A stretch of 57,531 nucleotides of DNA, filler included, from Sphacelaria rigidula (GCA_964200075.2; 5 parts of 5 records of this genome joined end to end with filler, not necessarily neighbours in it), one strand, 5' to 3'. Shown: positions 1 to 12,124, counted from the whole stretch's first letter. The notes: a model not told the origin generated them from the sequence alone. Numbers and translations: made by a program.

Positions 1-4
1 TGTG

Positions 5-75
5 GGGAAAGCACTGTTTTAGGCTTGAGCCTCATCTCGAAGTTAAACCTCAATTCTCACAATTTGTTGTTGTGC
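5..75 (+). repeat. Repeat at contig end (also 22884-22958 and 34418-34484, reverse orientation)
   Basis: gggaaagcactgttttaggcttgagcctcatctcgaagttaaacctcaattc matches the reverse complement of the ends of contigs 2 and 3. Confidence 0.85.
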
Positions 76-249
76 GTTGATCTCGCCAAAACCTTGACAC
101 GTGAGAACCATGGGACTGCCTGCGGGAAAGGTGGCAATGCTATTTGTATCTGAGATTCCTGCTGGATAATAATCCTTTCCCACGACTTTTCTTTTTCACG
201 ATTAGGTATGTGTGTGGGTTTTGCGCAAGACCTTTTCAACCGAAGCCAT

Positions 250-505
250 GTGGCAGAGGACTTTTTTTTGTCCCCCCTTCTTTTTGTCTTGTTCTGATAA
301 TGCCATTTTTGTTCTTGTTACTTCTTTTTCTTTGTTAACTCTATCTGTCCTACCTTTCCTCTCTGTTTGTTTGTTTTCCTTCACTTTTCTTCAGCGAGAG
401 TTTCCATTTTGTTTGTTTTACCTCGGGTACGTCCATCATGTGGGTAATGACCACAGCTGGATCATGACAACCTGGGGATCGGTGAAGTACGACAGTCAAT
501 CAAAA
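250..505 (+). mobile_element. LINE/SINE 3' end remnant
   Basis: T-rich tract followed by the conserved tail cctcgggtacgtccatcatg...gaccacagctggatc...gacagtcaatca. Confidence 0.7.
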
Positions 506-827
506 CCAGTTAACGGTAGAATTGCGTGCTGCCGTACCGTTGCGCAACTGAGGCCCGGCGATGTACTCGTCGACGTATACTGTTAGCTCACTATAAGATA
601 CGAAGTCTTGGAAAATAGAGATATTCCGCTTGTATTTCCCTCGAAAATGTCAAAGTGTGGTCATCGCTGCAAGTCGCACCGATCGTTGTGGCGAATCAGG
701 GCACCATAGTCAGTAGATGACTCGGGGCCTTGACCAGACTGGCCTTGCGTGCAATGCTTCCGGTACGAACCTCCCCTTTAGCCGCGTCTCTTCATCCATT
801 CTTTTTTATCCCATCTTCCTGTCACAG

Positions 828-953
828 GGGAAGTACGAGAAGGCGCTGCCGTTGTACTGTGAATGCTTGGCCATCAGGGAGAGGGCTTTAGGACCAGAAC
901 ACCCTGAGGTGGCGTCATCTCTATGCAACATCGGCTTGGTGTTTCGACTGCAG
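828..953 (+). CDS. TPR exon 1 GKYEKALPLYCECLAIRERALGPEHPEVASSLCNIGLVFRLQ
   Basis: cag|ggg...cag|gtggga, 126 bp. Confidence 0.92.
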
Positions 954-3900
954 GTGGGAGTTGCTCAGATCGTCTTTGTCGGCGTCCCCTATCCCTTTAG
1001 GCAGTAGGACGATCATCTCGTTGTCGGTTTGTAGACGTGTCGCCACTTTCATCTACAAGGGTGCAACAGTGAGGGAAAATGCTTCGACTACATGTTTCCG
1101 GAATGTGAAGAGCATTGGTTCGAGTTGTTGAAAATTTGCAGTGTGTGTGAGTTTTCTGTCGGCTGTTGTTCCTCGTCATTCGATATGTAGGCTTTTACCC
1201 ATGGGCAGGTCAGGCTTCTCGTGGAAAAAGTTTGCATGCCGAGATTCGTGCTGTTTACGGGTGGACAGCACAGACCATTCGCCAGCATGGTGTTTGTTAT
1301 CAGATGAGGTTCCAGTAGTGCGATGGAGTACAAAGGGTGACTTGGTGCCAAGAGCTCGACGTTCGTCCAGGGCAAAATGTTGTTGAAGGGTAGCGGACAG
1401 CGTTGCAATCCCTCGAGGGCACGAGGTGAAGCACGTTTGAGGAGAATGGTGCCGTCACCGAGCATTTGAGCCCCCTAAACCGACATTGCACTAATACGTG
1501 GTGCTGTCAGCTCTGTGGAGATTGTATTGCACACCGAAAGAGTTTCAACTCATTTTCTACCTCAGGATTTCAAATGGCACTGAACGTGCAGACATTGGTT
1601 GTGCTTCCCGATAACCCCCCGTGCTCCATGCTTCGTGATTGTGTTGCCGTTATGTCCTTGCAAGGGCCATTTCAAGAAAGCGGAGCCGTGGTTCAGGCAA
1701 TCCCTGGATGTCAGAGAGACGGCTTTAGGCCTGGATCACCCTTACGTTGCCGGCTCAACGGATGCCCTGGCTGCCCTGTGCGAGGTGCAGGTGAGGACTA
1801 GGCGGTTGCTTGCTGCTTGTGCCCACGTAAAGAAGAGCGAGCTTTACTTTTGCTGATGTCCGTTTTAGCCTAGAGACGTTCTGCAGACACTGTGGACTCT
1901 CAAACGTGCTATCCAGACCACACGCTTTTCTTAGCTTCCTTACAAAGAGAGTCCATCCTCGACATATTCGTAGCTGGTGGAATGACAGTCACTCGCATTG
2001 TCGGACCATTCTGCAGCCGCTGACTAACGAGAAATTGTGAGATTGGATCCATTTGCTACCTACGCAGCCCCGCTGTGTATCCTCGCAACTAGCTGCTACT
2101 ACCTTGAGTTGATACGCAGGTTTGTTGTGTGCTACCGCATGTTGTCCCCAAGTTCGGTTACCGGTGATTTGAGGGTCACGAAGTAGCTGTGGGAGCACAC
2201 ACTCAGGACGTGAGAAATTTCCAACGGCAAAGAGAACTCTTGAGAATCGATCTGTCGAACGATAGGGTCTGCCGGTAGGTAGCCTGTGTGCCCTACAACA
2301 TGCTACTCGTGCATGTGAAAAGATGCGTATCGCGAGCTACACGTGTCGCCGTTACTCCGTGATATAGATGAGCGGGGCCTCGTGAAATGATTTGAAGGCT
2401 CGACTTACAACACTGAAGAGACCATCTTAGGACAGAAAATTGTTGCTGTCGTAGTTCATTCGTGCATGGATAATGATCTTCATGCTCATCGTACTGCTTG
2501 CCGTTGGGTTCCATACAGGGTCGGTACGACGAAGCACTGCGACTTTATTATCAGTCCTTGTATTTGTGCGAGAGGGTGTTGGGGCCCGAGCATCCTGATG
2601 TGGCCAGTTCGCTGAAGAACATGGGGGGGCTTTTCCGACTGCAGGTATGCTTGAAACGATTGCTTTTGTAGGCGTTAGTACTGAACACGACGTGCGGGTA
2701 AAATTCCGAACACTATGTTCGGTTCAGGACCCCCGGGATGAGATCAAGTTCGCTGACATCGCTACCATGGGTGTGCCTGTGGATTGAGGTATTACGGTGT
2801 ATCGTATCGGAGTTGCTTCGTATAGTTGCGGTGAGATTGTACAACTTAATCGCGGCCCGTCTTCTTGTACGTCTTCCTGTACTCAGGGTAAGTACAAGGA
2901 AGCGCTGCCATTTCTCGAGCGATCCTTGTTCATCCGCGAGAAGGCCCTAGATCCTGAGCACCCTGATCTGACCACGTCACTGAATGACCTGACTGCGCTC
3001 TGGGACATACAGGTGAAGTGCTCTACGATCGTGTATTGATACAGCGTGACCACAGTTATTGTGGCTACTAACATGGGGTTGTTATTTTGAGGGGACTGCG
3101 TGTTTGCTCACAGGAGGTCATTTTTCGTTGCAATAGGTGCTGAAAGGTGCTGGAAGGTGCTGCAGGAAGGAACGAGAAAGGAGTGCGGTGCTTTTTTCTT
3201 CAATCCGATATCTTTGGTGGTGCACAACGATCTAAGCCGGGTTAAGGGCCCGCGTTGTTACGTACCGAATCAAGAAAAGGCTGTAATCGACTTGCCCTGG
3301 TGCCCGTGCCCTCAGGAGGTGCTAACTGAAAACAGTTGTCGTGATACTTTGCGGATCATCATGGTACCCGCCCCCTCCTCCCCTCCCCCGTCTTCCTCAC
3401 AGTCGAGGTGCAGAGCCGGTTTAAACGTATGTTTTGGCGATAATCTTGACGGTCGGCAGCGGCCAAAGGTGGTCTGTTGGTTCTGAGTGCCGACCTGTTT
3501 GTTGGACACTCGCACCCTATGCAATCCATAGGGAAAGTATGACGAGGCTCAGTCACTGTTCGAGCGTTCTCTGAGGATCCGGGAGGAGGCGTTGGGATCT
3601 GGGCACCCTGATGTCCGCACGTCGCTCGGCAACCTGGCGTCCTTACTCTTCACGAAGGTGCGCCCATAATAGCGTGCGTATGGTATGTGCAGAAAGCATT
3701 GGCACCCTTCTCGCTTACGTGTTAACGCATCGTCTATCAGCGGCTTGGTTGAGGGCAGACGTTGTTTTAGACTCAACATGTGGGGAAGGACCGCGCTTGT
3801 GACCACATCAGCAGGTGCGGAAGGCTTTTAGGTGGCAGCCGCGCCACGAGCACGTATGCTGGTGGATTGGGGCAGCGTCTGCGTAGAAGCAGTCACCTTT

Positions 3901-6900
3901 AGTGTCGTTCGTAAGTGCGTAGTTTAGTTGTTTGGCATGTATTGATGGATTCATTATTGTCGCACCTTAACTGACCCTCGAGGACTTCATCCGTGGTATC
4001 ACGATAGACGCACCTAAGGTAAACAAAACGTAAACACTACGTAAACGGAAGGGGGTAGGGTCAACAAAGAAGGATGGGATGGATACAGGAAGTCAAGATG
4101 AAAGGAGGCAGGTGAAATGAGAGGATAAAACAGGAAAAGCACCGAAATAAATCTTGTACCCGTCCCGATGAGATGATTAATAATACTACAATGTAATAGT
4201 CAGATGGAAGACAACGTAATGAATCATTCCAGGCGAGGAGGCAAAACAAGAAAATGAAAAGCAGAAACGAACCGAAAAAGGCCATGGACCCAGGGTTTCG
4301 CTCATCTTTCTGGTAATCCCACGAACTATATCAGAGCGAGACACAAACACTGCTCAAGCACAACAACACCAATATAAAACACCACGAGACAAATGGAGAA
4401 GATAACAGGGAAGGAAGCGCAGGAAAGAAAAAAACACAGAGAGAGCGGAAATAAGAATATGAAGACGAAATGGAACCCAAAGGCGAAGCAGAACGTGTAT
4501 AGAAATGCAGCTGTGGGACATCGCTAGAGTTACACGCCAAGGCAAAAGGTCAGCAATCGATAACAGGAAGCAAGGAGTAGATCAGTTTCCGTGTCCCCCC
4601 TGCCTCTCCTATACTCATCCCCAATCGGTTCAAAACAGGTAGCTATCTCGTTGTTTTGATCCTGTATTCCTCTCGAGCTGTCGCTGTTCTTATTGCGTCA
4701 CCAGTGGCGTTCCTTATGGCGGTTTTCAACGCATCAAGCAACGCAGCAGCCCCTTGCCTGCGTTCTAGGCCGAATTTACGTGTGTCTTCGCAAAGCCACA
4801 TCTGCTCGAACGTTTCCGCCGCTTTTTCGACCCCCAGGTGCCATGTGCCTACGTACTTTGCGGCAGTTACCAGGCCTTATGAGTCATTGATCTCCATACC
4901 GTAGACGAACAATGTCCTTTGTTCTCCCTTGCGTGAAACCATCCCTAGCGCACGCCGTCGGACTCTTTGATCACAAACGCTACATGGAGAGGGGGGTGGA
5001 GGTTAGGTGACAGAGACAATGACGTGTTTAGGATTAAGCTCACTTCGTGTGTGTTGTCAACGGCGTAGAAGCGGGCATTCAGTGCACCGCGATTCCCTCC
5101 CAAGGCAAGGAGGAGGGAATTAACCTTCCCGGCGCCTGTTTATCAACGGGTGAAAATTGTATGCTAAAGGTGGCAAGCAGGTAGCTCCTGTAGTGTCTCC
5201 CTTCATTGAACCACTTTGCCCGTCTCCCTTGCAGGGGCAATTCGACGACACCCTGCCGCTCTACGAACGATCTCTGGCCATCAGGGAGACAGCTTTAGGC
5301 CCTCGTCATCCAAAGGTTGCTACGTCCCTTGCCCACCTGGCGGGGTTGCTTCGCACGCAGGTACTGTCTTTCAGTCTTTGCTTTCGAAGATATGGACTCG
5401 AGACATACGTAAGAGCCGATCCGATGGTATCTTGCTCAAAATAGAGCCCTTTAGTCTCCATTGTTGGTCCCGACCGTAGCAGAGATCGTTTTGTACGAGA
5501 TCTGGTGGAGCTCCAACTCATCGTTGGCGGGATACCTTGTTCTGCACGTCGGCTCGTGGCTTGAGGCAACACCGCACGATACACGCAAGATATGTAAACG
5601 TTCACGAACTGCGCATGGGTATTGTTAGCAATAGCACATGTGTAGTTCATGTCAGCATGTGGTGGGTTCAACACCTTGAATACATGTCAGCGACAACCTC
5701 ATTTCTGTACATGTCCTCTGTGCGCAACCCTGGTGATGTGCTTGCTAGCGCATGACGCACGACAACGCTGATTCTGTTTGGTGTCGCACAGGAATTTCAT
5801 GGTGAAACGACTTTTAGTTCTAACTACCCGATGGGTTCGAATTGCCGACAAAAGCGATCGCTTCATTACGTGATTGCCGATTGTCTTTATGGGAAACAAA
5901 ATGCTGACTGTATTTTTCGTACAGGCCCGATACGACGAAGCGCTACCGATGGAGATCCGGTCTTTGTCGATTCGAGGGGATGTTTTGGGCCCCAAGCACA
6001 TTGATGTGGGTAACTCGTTCAACAGCTTGGGATTACTGTACATAGAGCAAGTGATCATCAACCACTGCTGTAGGTTAATGTGTTGTGTTGGAAATGGATG
6101 CGTTTTTCGGCAGCTGTGAGTATGAAGAGGGTATGCCAGAGCATTGGTCGCGTGCACGCGATGTATACGACTTTTTTCAATCGGCCACGGCTGGACGGTC
6201 GTAGACCAAAACAGAAGTCTCGAAATGGTTACTCTTGTTGCGTGGGATGACTCGTTTCGTTTTGCTTGTGATTAACAAATGGTCGTAGATGGTATTTTGG
6301 ACCAAGATATTTCGATTTTGCTCTCGTGCTTCTTGCCCTTGATTATATTCAGGAACGGTACGGGGGAGCACCGCCGTTGTTTGAACGATCTTTGTCTATT
6401 CGGGAAGAAGCTCTAGGGTCCGATCACGCCGACGTGGCCGCGTCGCTCAACAACCTGGCAGCGCTATGGGAGGCGCAGGTAGGTGACAGAAACAGTACGT
6501 GCGGGGTGTGTGTGTGGCTGTCAAGGACGGTGTTCTGTGGGGTGGTTGTGGAGATTCGTGTGCTGTCTGAGCTTCCGACAGCGTTGAGCAATCGACCTTG
6601 GCTTGACCCCTTCATGCACGGCTGTGGTGCCGGGATGCCTGATCCCTTTGTTCTCGACATCTCATATGCTTGATTCCTGTGTACTCAACATGTTTCATCT
6701 CGGCTCTACTCTCTTGGGTTCCTCGGTCAATTGGGGCGCAGTGTCCGATGTGTTGTAGGTGCGAAATATTTTGGCTTCGTACAAGCGAATCCCGGGGAGC
6801 ACACGCCTTCGACAAGTTTTTCCTGGCTCTAATTTGAAGTTTGACGTGGGAACTCACACCTGTTGGTATGCATTGTATGTATCGTACTCACAATCATGCC

Positions 6901-8842
6901 GGAAGTTTTTCTTCCCTGATTCGCTTCTGTGGTTGAGCTATTCGGACATTTGGTGTCCCTTGTATTATCGGTTATCATTCAATCCATCTGGATGTTGGCA
7001 ATCTGCCTCCGGGGACACACCGAAGAAGGACTCCAGTGCGGTCGTGCGTACCGTACGTACCAGCATGTCTGCAAAGATTTCAGGCTGAAACTTTAAAGGG
7101 TGAAAGGCAACGTTTCGAATGAAGGACTTCGCCTCAGAGCGATCTCCACCACACCTGCAACGGTCCAGCGGAGAAGTCTAAGGGAAGTATAAGTCGAGAC
7201 AGGGGACGAATCAGACGCCTAAACCGGATTTTAAGCCCTCCTGCTGCACTCAGTGGCCCAGGTTAGAAGAAATTATTACAATTGGAAACATTTATGTATT
7301 GGTCAAGTATACTGGAGGTAGTATGAGCAGTATCCGCCTTGTATTTGACGGTTTCTTTTCCATAGCGGATGTGGGTACTGTAGCATTTTGCAAAAGACAG
7401 CTGTGCGATTCGGGTCCAGGCGTTGTCTCCTACTGGTCCCAAGCGCCAAGTGGGTATGTGGTATGCAGTATCTACTATGCTTCGCGTACGTCACAAGAGA
7501 AGTAGCGGCGAAGTAATGTCATGCTTCTTCTTGGGACCAGCTCACGAGGTTGGGATACTGTTTCCGTCTCTAATACCTCTCAGTTGCTGGTATGTACGTT
7601 CCTGGAGGCCGTACAGGACGCCCTTGGGTGGAAGCCTCATGAGCGACTGGTACAATGCCGTGTTGCCACCTGGTTCAATACCATGCAGCTGTGCCGGTTC
7701 GAATCTCTGCCGATAGAGGCACGTGTCGCGAACTTGTTTTGCGTGGTATGGATGTGTTTCGAGGGGTATCACACTGGTGTGTCCGGTACCTTACGGTCGA
7801 TATGCTCTCACAGGGGGGGTACATGAAAGCGCTACCTCTCTACGCGTGGGCTTTGAAGATTTGGGAAGCGGCGCTTGGGCCTGATCACCTTGACGTGGCC
7901 TCGGGACTCAATAACATGGCGTTGATGCTGGAAGCACAAGTGAGAACCGTGCGTAGGTTTTCGTCCCCGACGAGAAAATCCATATTTTTCAAATTTTGCA
8001 TGGCGACGGACGTTGGTGGTACCTTGCATCTTGTTCTTTTGATTTTGACACGTTGACGCCATGTACTCGTCTACTATGTGTACACATCGCAATCGGAGAT
8101 GAACGGGAGGGAACCTAGTGACTTGGAAACGCATCCTCATTCAGAGATATTCCGGCAGCCCGCCGGTGGAAGGCGTGCGTGTTATGTGGACCTAACTTGC
8201 GTCGGCCGTCGTCTCCCCTACAGGAGAAGTACGAAGAAGCGCTTCCGTTGTACGAGCGGTCTCTGTTCATCAGGAAGAGTGTCCTAGGTTCCAATCATCC
8301 TGACGTGGCCGACTCGTTGAACAACCTGGCGGAATTACTTCGAGAGCACGCGAGATTTAGATAAGTATGAGGTCTGTCGGCATCTGCTCACCGGTTAGAT
8401 TTGAGGATTAAGCGTGTAGGGGCGTTGTTGTCAGGTGAGGCATACTTTTTGCGGCGAAGTTAGAGGGTGTTCGACTGTAACGACTGCTCTTGGCCTCGTC
8501 ACATAATCTGATGTTTTCCCCACGGGGGGGAGGGGAGGGGGGGTCGCTTTTCCACGGCTTCTATTGTAGTGCCTCTGCAACATATGGTGTTGCCTATTGG
8601 AGGGATTGTACAGCCAGAAAATTGAGCGATCACTCACGTGGTAGTTTCGGGTTGATGCTCGCGTCTGCCCTTGCCTTCAACCATGACTGTTTATCTCTAT
8701 CGTTGCTGTCGTCCAGGAGCGGTACGAAGAGGCACTCCCGCTTTTCGAACAATCCCTGCCTATTTTGGAGGATACGATGGGACCTCGTCATCCTGACCTC
8801 GCCATATCTCTTAACAACCTGGGATTTCTGTGGAAGGCACAG
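828..8842 (+). CDS. TPR-repeat region of a multi-exon gene (NB-ARC-TPR-type/kinesin-light-chain-like TPR), 11 x 126-bp exons; 5' part outside contig
   Basis: Eleven AG|126 nt|GT (one GC) phase-0 exons with consensus GxYxxALPLxExSLxIRExxLGxxHPDVAxSLxNLAxLxxxQ, all stop-free. No NB-ARC domain is visible in the contig. Confidence 0.9.
1665..1790 (+). CDS. TPR exon 2 GHFKKAEPWFRQSLDVRETALGLDHPYVAGSTDALAALCEVQ
   Basis: aag|ggc...cag|gtgagg, 126 bp. Confidence 0.88.
2519..2644 (+). CDS. TPR exon 3 GRYDEALRLYYQSLYLCERVLGPEHPDVASSLKNMGGLFRLQ
   Basis: cag|ggt...cag|gtatgc, 126 bp; absent from ORF track. Confidence 0.92.
2887..3012 (+). CDS. TPR exon 4 GKYKEALPFLERSLFIREKALDPEHPDLTTSLNDLTALWDIQ
   Basis: cag|ggt...cag|gtgaag, 126 bp. 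Confidence 0.92.
3532..3657 (+). CDS. TPR exon 5 GKYDEAQSLFERSLRIREEALGSGHPDVRTSLGNLASLLFTK
   Basis: tag|gga...aag|gtgcgc, 126 bp. Confidence 0.92.
3945..4975 (-). mobile_element. 5'-truncated RTE-like LINE (ORF C-terminus + 3'UTR) in a TPR intron
   Basis: Minus translation RRALGMVSRK..FVYGMEIND..LVTAAKYVGTWHLGVEKAAETFEQMW is homologous to the 39635 ORF; conserved 3' tail at 3945-4035. Confidence 0.8.
5235..5360 (+). CDS. TPR exon 6 GQFDDTLPLYERSLAIRETALGPRHPKVATSLAHLAGLLRTQ
   Basis: cag|ggg...cag|gtactg, 126 bp. Confidence 0.92.
5925..6050 (+). CDS. TPR exon 7 ARYDEALPMEIRSLSIRGDVLGPKHIDVGNSFNSLGLLYIEQ
   Basis: cag|gcc...caa|gtgatc (weak donor), 126 bp. Confidence 0.87.
6353..6478 (+). 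CDS. TPR exon 8 ERYGGAPPLFERSLSIREEALGSDHADVAASLNNLAALWEAQ
   Basis: cag|gaa...cag|gtaggt, 126 bp. Confidence 0.92.
7814..7939 (+). CDS. TPR exon 9 GGYMKALPLYAWALKIWEAALGPDHLDVASGLNNMALMLEAQ
   Basis: cag|ggg...caa|gtgaga, 126 bp. Confidence 0.9.
8224..8349 (+). CDS. TPR exon 10 EKYEEALPLYERSLFIRKSVLGSNHPDVADSLNNLAELLREH (GC donor)
   Basis: cag|gag...cac|gcgaga; read-through adds ARFR* (stop ends 8364). Confidence 0.85.
8717..8842 (+). CDS. TPR exon 11 ERYEEALPLFEQSLPILEDTMGPRHPDLAISLNNLGFLWKAQ
   Basis: cag|gag...cag|gtggcc, 126 bp. Confidence 0.92.
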
Positions 8843-9039
8843 GTGGCCTTTCTGTGAGGCGCTACTGTACGTGAGAGTCAGGGAAATATATAACTTCAAG
8901 ATCATGTCTATGGTGATTCATCGCATTCGTTTTCATGGTGGACATTAGATCGGAATGGTATGCCGCGACACATGTGTACTGTTCGAGCGCATCGTTGAAG
9001 AATCCGTATGTTTTTCTGCGATTTTTGTATGATACGTCT

Positions 9040-9600
9040 ATTCTCACAGAGCTGATGAATGCACTGATCGATCTAGCCGTGGCCACAAGATAGATGATAG
9101 ATGATAGATGTACCCAATATGAATGGACAGAGACACGCGCTTGACTAAACTCGAGTAGAAGAAAAACACAGAAGTACTAGGAAGAAGGGATAGGACAGGA
9201 GTAGATTGGCAGAGCATCGTAGCTACGAACAGTCCCGAGAGAGATCCCGATAGGTCTCTGGCAGGGCCCCACACAGGAGGTCGTACAAGAATCAAGGTCA
9301 TGAGAGCAGGTAGGGACTAACTTGTCCGAATGCCCCATGATTAGGCAGGAACTCTCGGCTACGGAATTAAGCGGAAAGAGGCAGAAGTACTAACCTAACA
9401 CATTAGGAAAAACAGAGGAGAAGCTGAGATAACAAAAAGAGGAAATCTCGAGGCAGAAGCCAACTTGATAAGGTAATGGCCGACAGGAAAGGACGGCAGT
9501 ATCGACGCGCATTTCCCCCACCCCTCTCATCCCTAGTCGGGGACAAAGCAATCCACTATGTTGGTGGTTCTTGGCGGGTTTTCGTCACCGTTGTTTTGTC
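9040..9600 (-). mobile_element. LINE 3'UTR remnant
   Basis: Reverse strand reads ttgggtacatctatc...gtggccacggctagatc, the same tail core; A/G-rich body on the plus strand. Confidence 0.6.
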
Positions 9601-9737
9601 AACGGAAGCAGTTCTCAGCGCAGCATCCCCTTGGTTGTGATGAAGAGTGGGTGATGAACATCTTGACATGGCCATATGCTCTCGCACTGCTCCACTCATT
9701 CTCGACCCGCTGATGCCATTTCACTCACTCTTAGCAG

Positions 9738-9815
9738 GAGCGCCCCAATCCTGTGTGCCTTGGAGCTGAATATTGGGAAGGAACGATATCTGTCGTTCCC
9801 GTACACGCGGAATAG
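9738..9815 (+). CDS. Possible terminal exon of TPR gene (ERPNPVCLGAEYWEGTISVVPVHAE*)
   Basis: Pyrimidine tract plus tagcag acceptor, phase 0, starts ER like exons 8 and 11; no homology support. Confidence 0.25.
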   Translation, partial: ERPNPVCLGAEYWEGTISVVPVHAE

Positions 9816-10944
9816 TCCCTGGGGGCACGTTTGTCCTCCTGTGCATGCTGTACACGAGTAGATATCACTTCCAGGACCGACCGTGTGAAATTCATCGTGT
9901 CTCTTGCGGCTTGCCATCTCTCATATCGCGTCTTTACCGTCAATGATCGTTCTCGTTATGCACCATGGCCCCACGAACAACGCCATCCCCGATTAGCGGG
10001 ATCGACAAGTGTGAAATGTTGTTTTCGCGCTGATTTTTCCCGCTTAATATCAAGGTAGCCGTCAGGTGTAACAGAGGCTGAATTGGCCCTAATCTCACTA
10101 CGAGTACATGACTGCAGTGCACTGTTCGTCATTGCTCGCACATAAACAGTCGACACTGGGTCAAGTATCGCGTGCGTAGTTTTTAGAAAGAGTTAAGAGT
10201 CTTCACGCGCTGTATCTAAACACTTCAGCTGATGCACGGTGTGTACAAACGTTTAGTGTTCTGAGCAGAGGGCCACAAGAGGCAGGGTAGCACGCGTGGT
10301 GTGTTGGTCGTGCGACGCGTGAGAAGAAATCCTACGACGTATGGGAACGAGAGTACATGCGTATAGATACATGTGTCACTGTAGGTACGTTGTGCGCCTC
10401 ACAGTAGTATTGCGTTTTGCAGCGACTTTTTTGGATTTCGAGTGCTTCACAGCTGCACGTAGTTTGCGATCCCGAGTGGACAGAGAGGCTAGAGTGGATA
10501 TTGTGGATATTGTGGTATTGTGGATATTCTGCCAGTGGAAAGCCGATCATGAAAAGGCAGCGAATACTCATCGCTGGTTTGTGGCGTGATGGGAGGATCA
10601 TGAACGCAAGTACTCTTTTACCCATACAGAACGACGAGTGGTTTGCTCCACAAGTATTGGATGCTGCCTCCGAAGAAAGAGTGCGCCGCAGGTAGTTGAT
10701 GAGCGCATAAGCGTGTCGTCCGACGTTGAACGCTTTCATTGGGGGGAGTCACAGATATTTGGGAGAGCTAACCTCGACTTGTGAAGCTTAGCCACTCCTT
10801 GACTCCTGTCACCAACCCAAACTTCTACATAATTTCAACCCACAAAGTGGAATCGCGACTTACACGCCATGTCCGTCTCTGGGCGTTTGGCCAGATGGGA
10901 ATGTTTATCCACCTCCCGCGAAGCACTCCGAACTTGGAAACGGA

Positions 10945-10948
<4 letters not shown>

Positions 10949-10985
<37 letters not shown>

Positions 10986-11032
10986 CACACACATATATAT
11001 ATATATATATATGGATGTACATATATATAGTC
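10949..11032. repeat. (CT)n/(CA)n/(AT)n compound microsatellite
   Basis: Seen directly. Confidence 0.95.
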
Positions 11033-11432
11033 TATATATGGATCCAAAGAGGTCAACAGCGCCGATTGTGGGGTTGGGAACTACACTTTCGGAGGCGTGC
11101 CGGCGCAGAGCTGATGCGACGCTTGATTTTGATGGAAACATTCGTGAATGTAATGCATATCCAGACAGTCCAAATTCGTGTGGCAACTATATGTCGCAGA
11201 GCCGTCGTGGCGCCTTTACGTGTCTGTACCTTCCCAAAGCTGCCCTCCCGCGTATGTCGCCAGTGGCAATGACGGTACTGAATTGGTATGAATCAGCACC
11301 AAACTCCACATTCTCTCCTAAACCGAACCTGGCCGTCCTCCAAACATGATCCTATAGAGGAAATGTACCAATTAAGATACAGAGCCAATTAAGATACAAG
11401 TGTTTTGAATCGTTCATATCTCCGCGAAATAT

Positions 11433-11532
11433 NNNNNNNNNNNNNNNNNNNNNNNNNNNNNNNNNNNNNNNNNNNNTTAATTAATTAANNNNNNNNNNNN
11501 NNNNNNNNNNNNNNNNNNNNNNNNNNNNNNNN
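11433..11532. other. Artificial contig linker (N44-TTAATTAATTAA-N44); also 22959-23058, 34485-34584, 46009-46108
   Basis: Identical 100-bp spacers carrying a six-frame stop; segment lengths 11432/11426/11426/11424/11423. Confidence 0.98.
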
Positions 11533-11812
11533 TTGTAGGGATGCGAGGTCAATGATCTTATGACTATGGCATGCATGATCATGAGAACACCCTCCCCTTT
11601 CACGCGGTATCACTTGGCCTTTTTATGGGCCATTTCGTGGATGGAATCATGTCTGCCTTTTTTCAATGCGTGCAGCTCCAACTAGACCGACAACTGTGAT
11701 AGCGATCCTTAATCACACAAATAACTGGGAAATTGGACTTTATAATCATAATCAATTTAAATACGCATTCCTCCCACTGTCTTCGCCTCTCCTTGTCTTT
11801 TGACCCACACAG

Positions 11813-12092
11813 GACTATCTTCCGAGACACAACATACGGGCGGGCGCAGCTTCAAGAACAGCCGAGACCCTGTGATGTCACTCAGTTCTACAACCCCCGG
11901 CGAACCTTCAAGTGACGGAGGAGGTGCGACAACTACCTCACGCAAGTCAAACTCGCGCACGCCACCGACCGCCGGGCATCCTCTAGACGTCACCGCGACC
12001 CCAGCCGTTTCCATCAACGCTCCCGCTCCTGCCGACGACGACAGCGATTCCTCGGAAGGCGGCTGGCTCGACCAACCCCTACCCAGCAGCAG

Positions 12093-12124
<32 letters not shown>

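Noticed and set aside
828-8842. CRISPR-like or DGR-like interpretation of the repeated 126-bp units
   Set aside because: The units are spliceosomal coding exons with irregular spacing. There is no adenine-specific variation and no linked cas or DGR reverse transcriptase.
11477-11488. TTAATTAATTAA palindromes regularly spaced about 11.5 kb apart
   Set aside because: Artificial six-frame-stop linkers embedded in N gaps.
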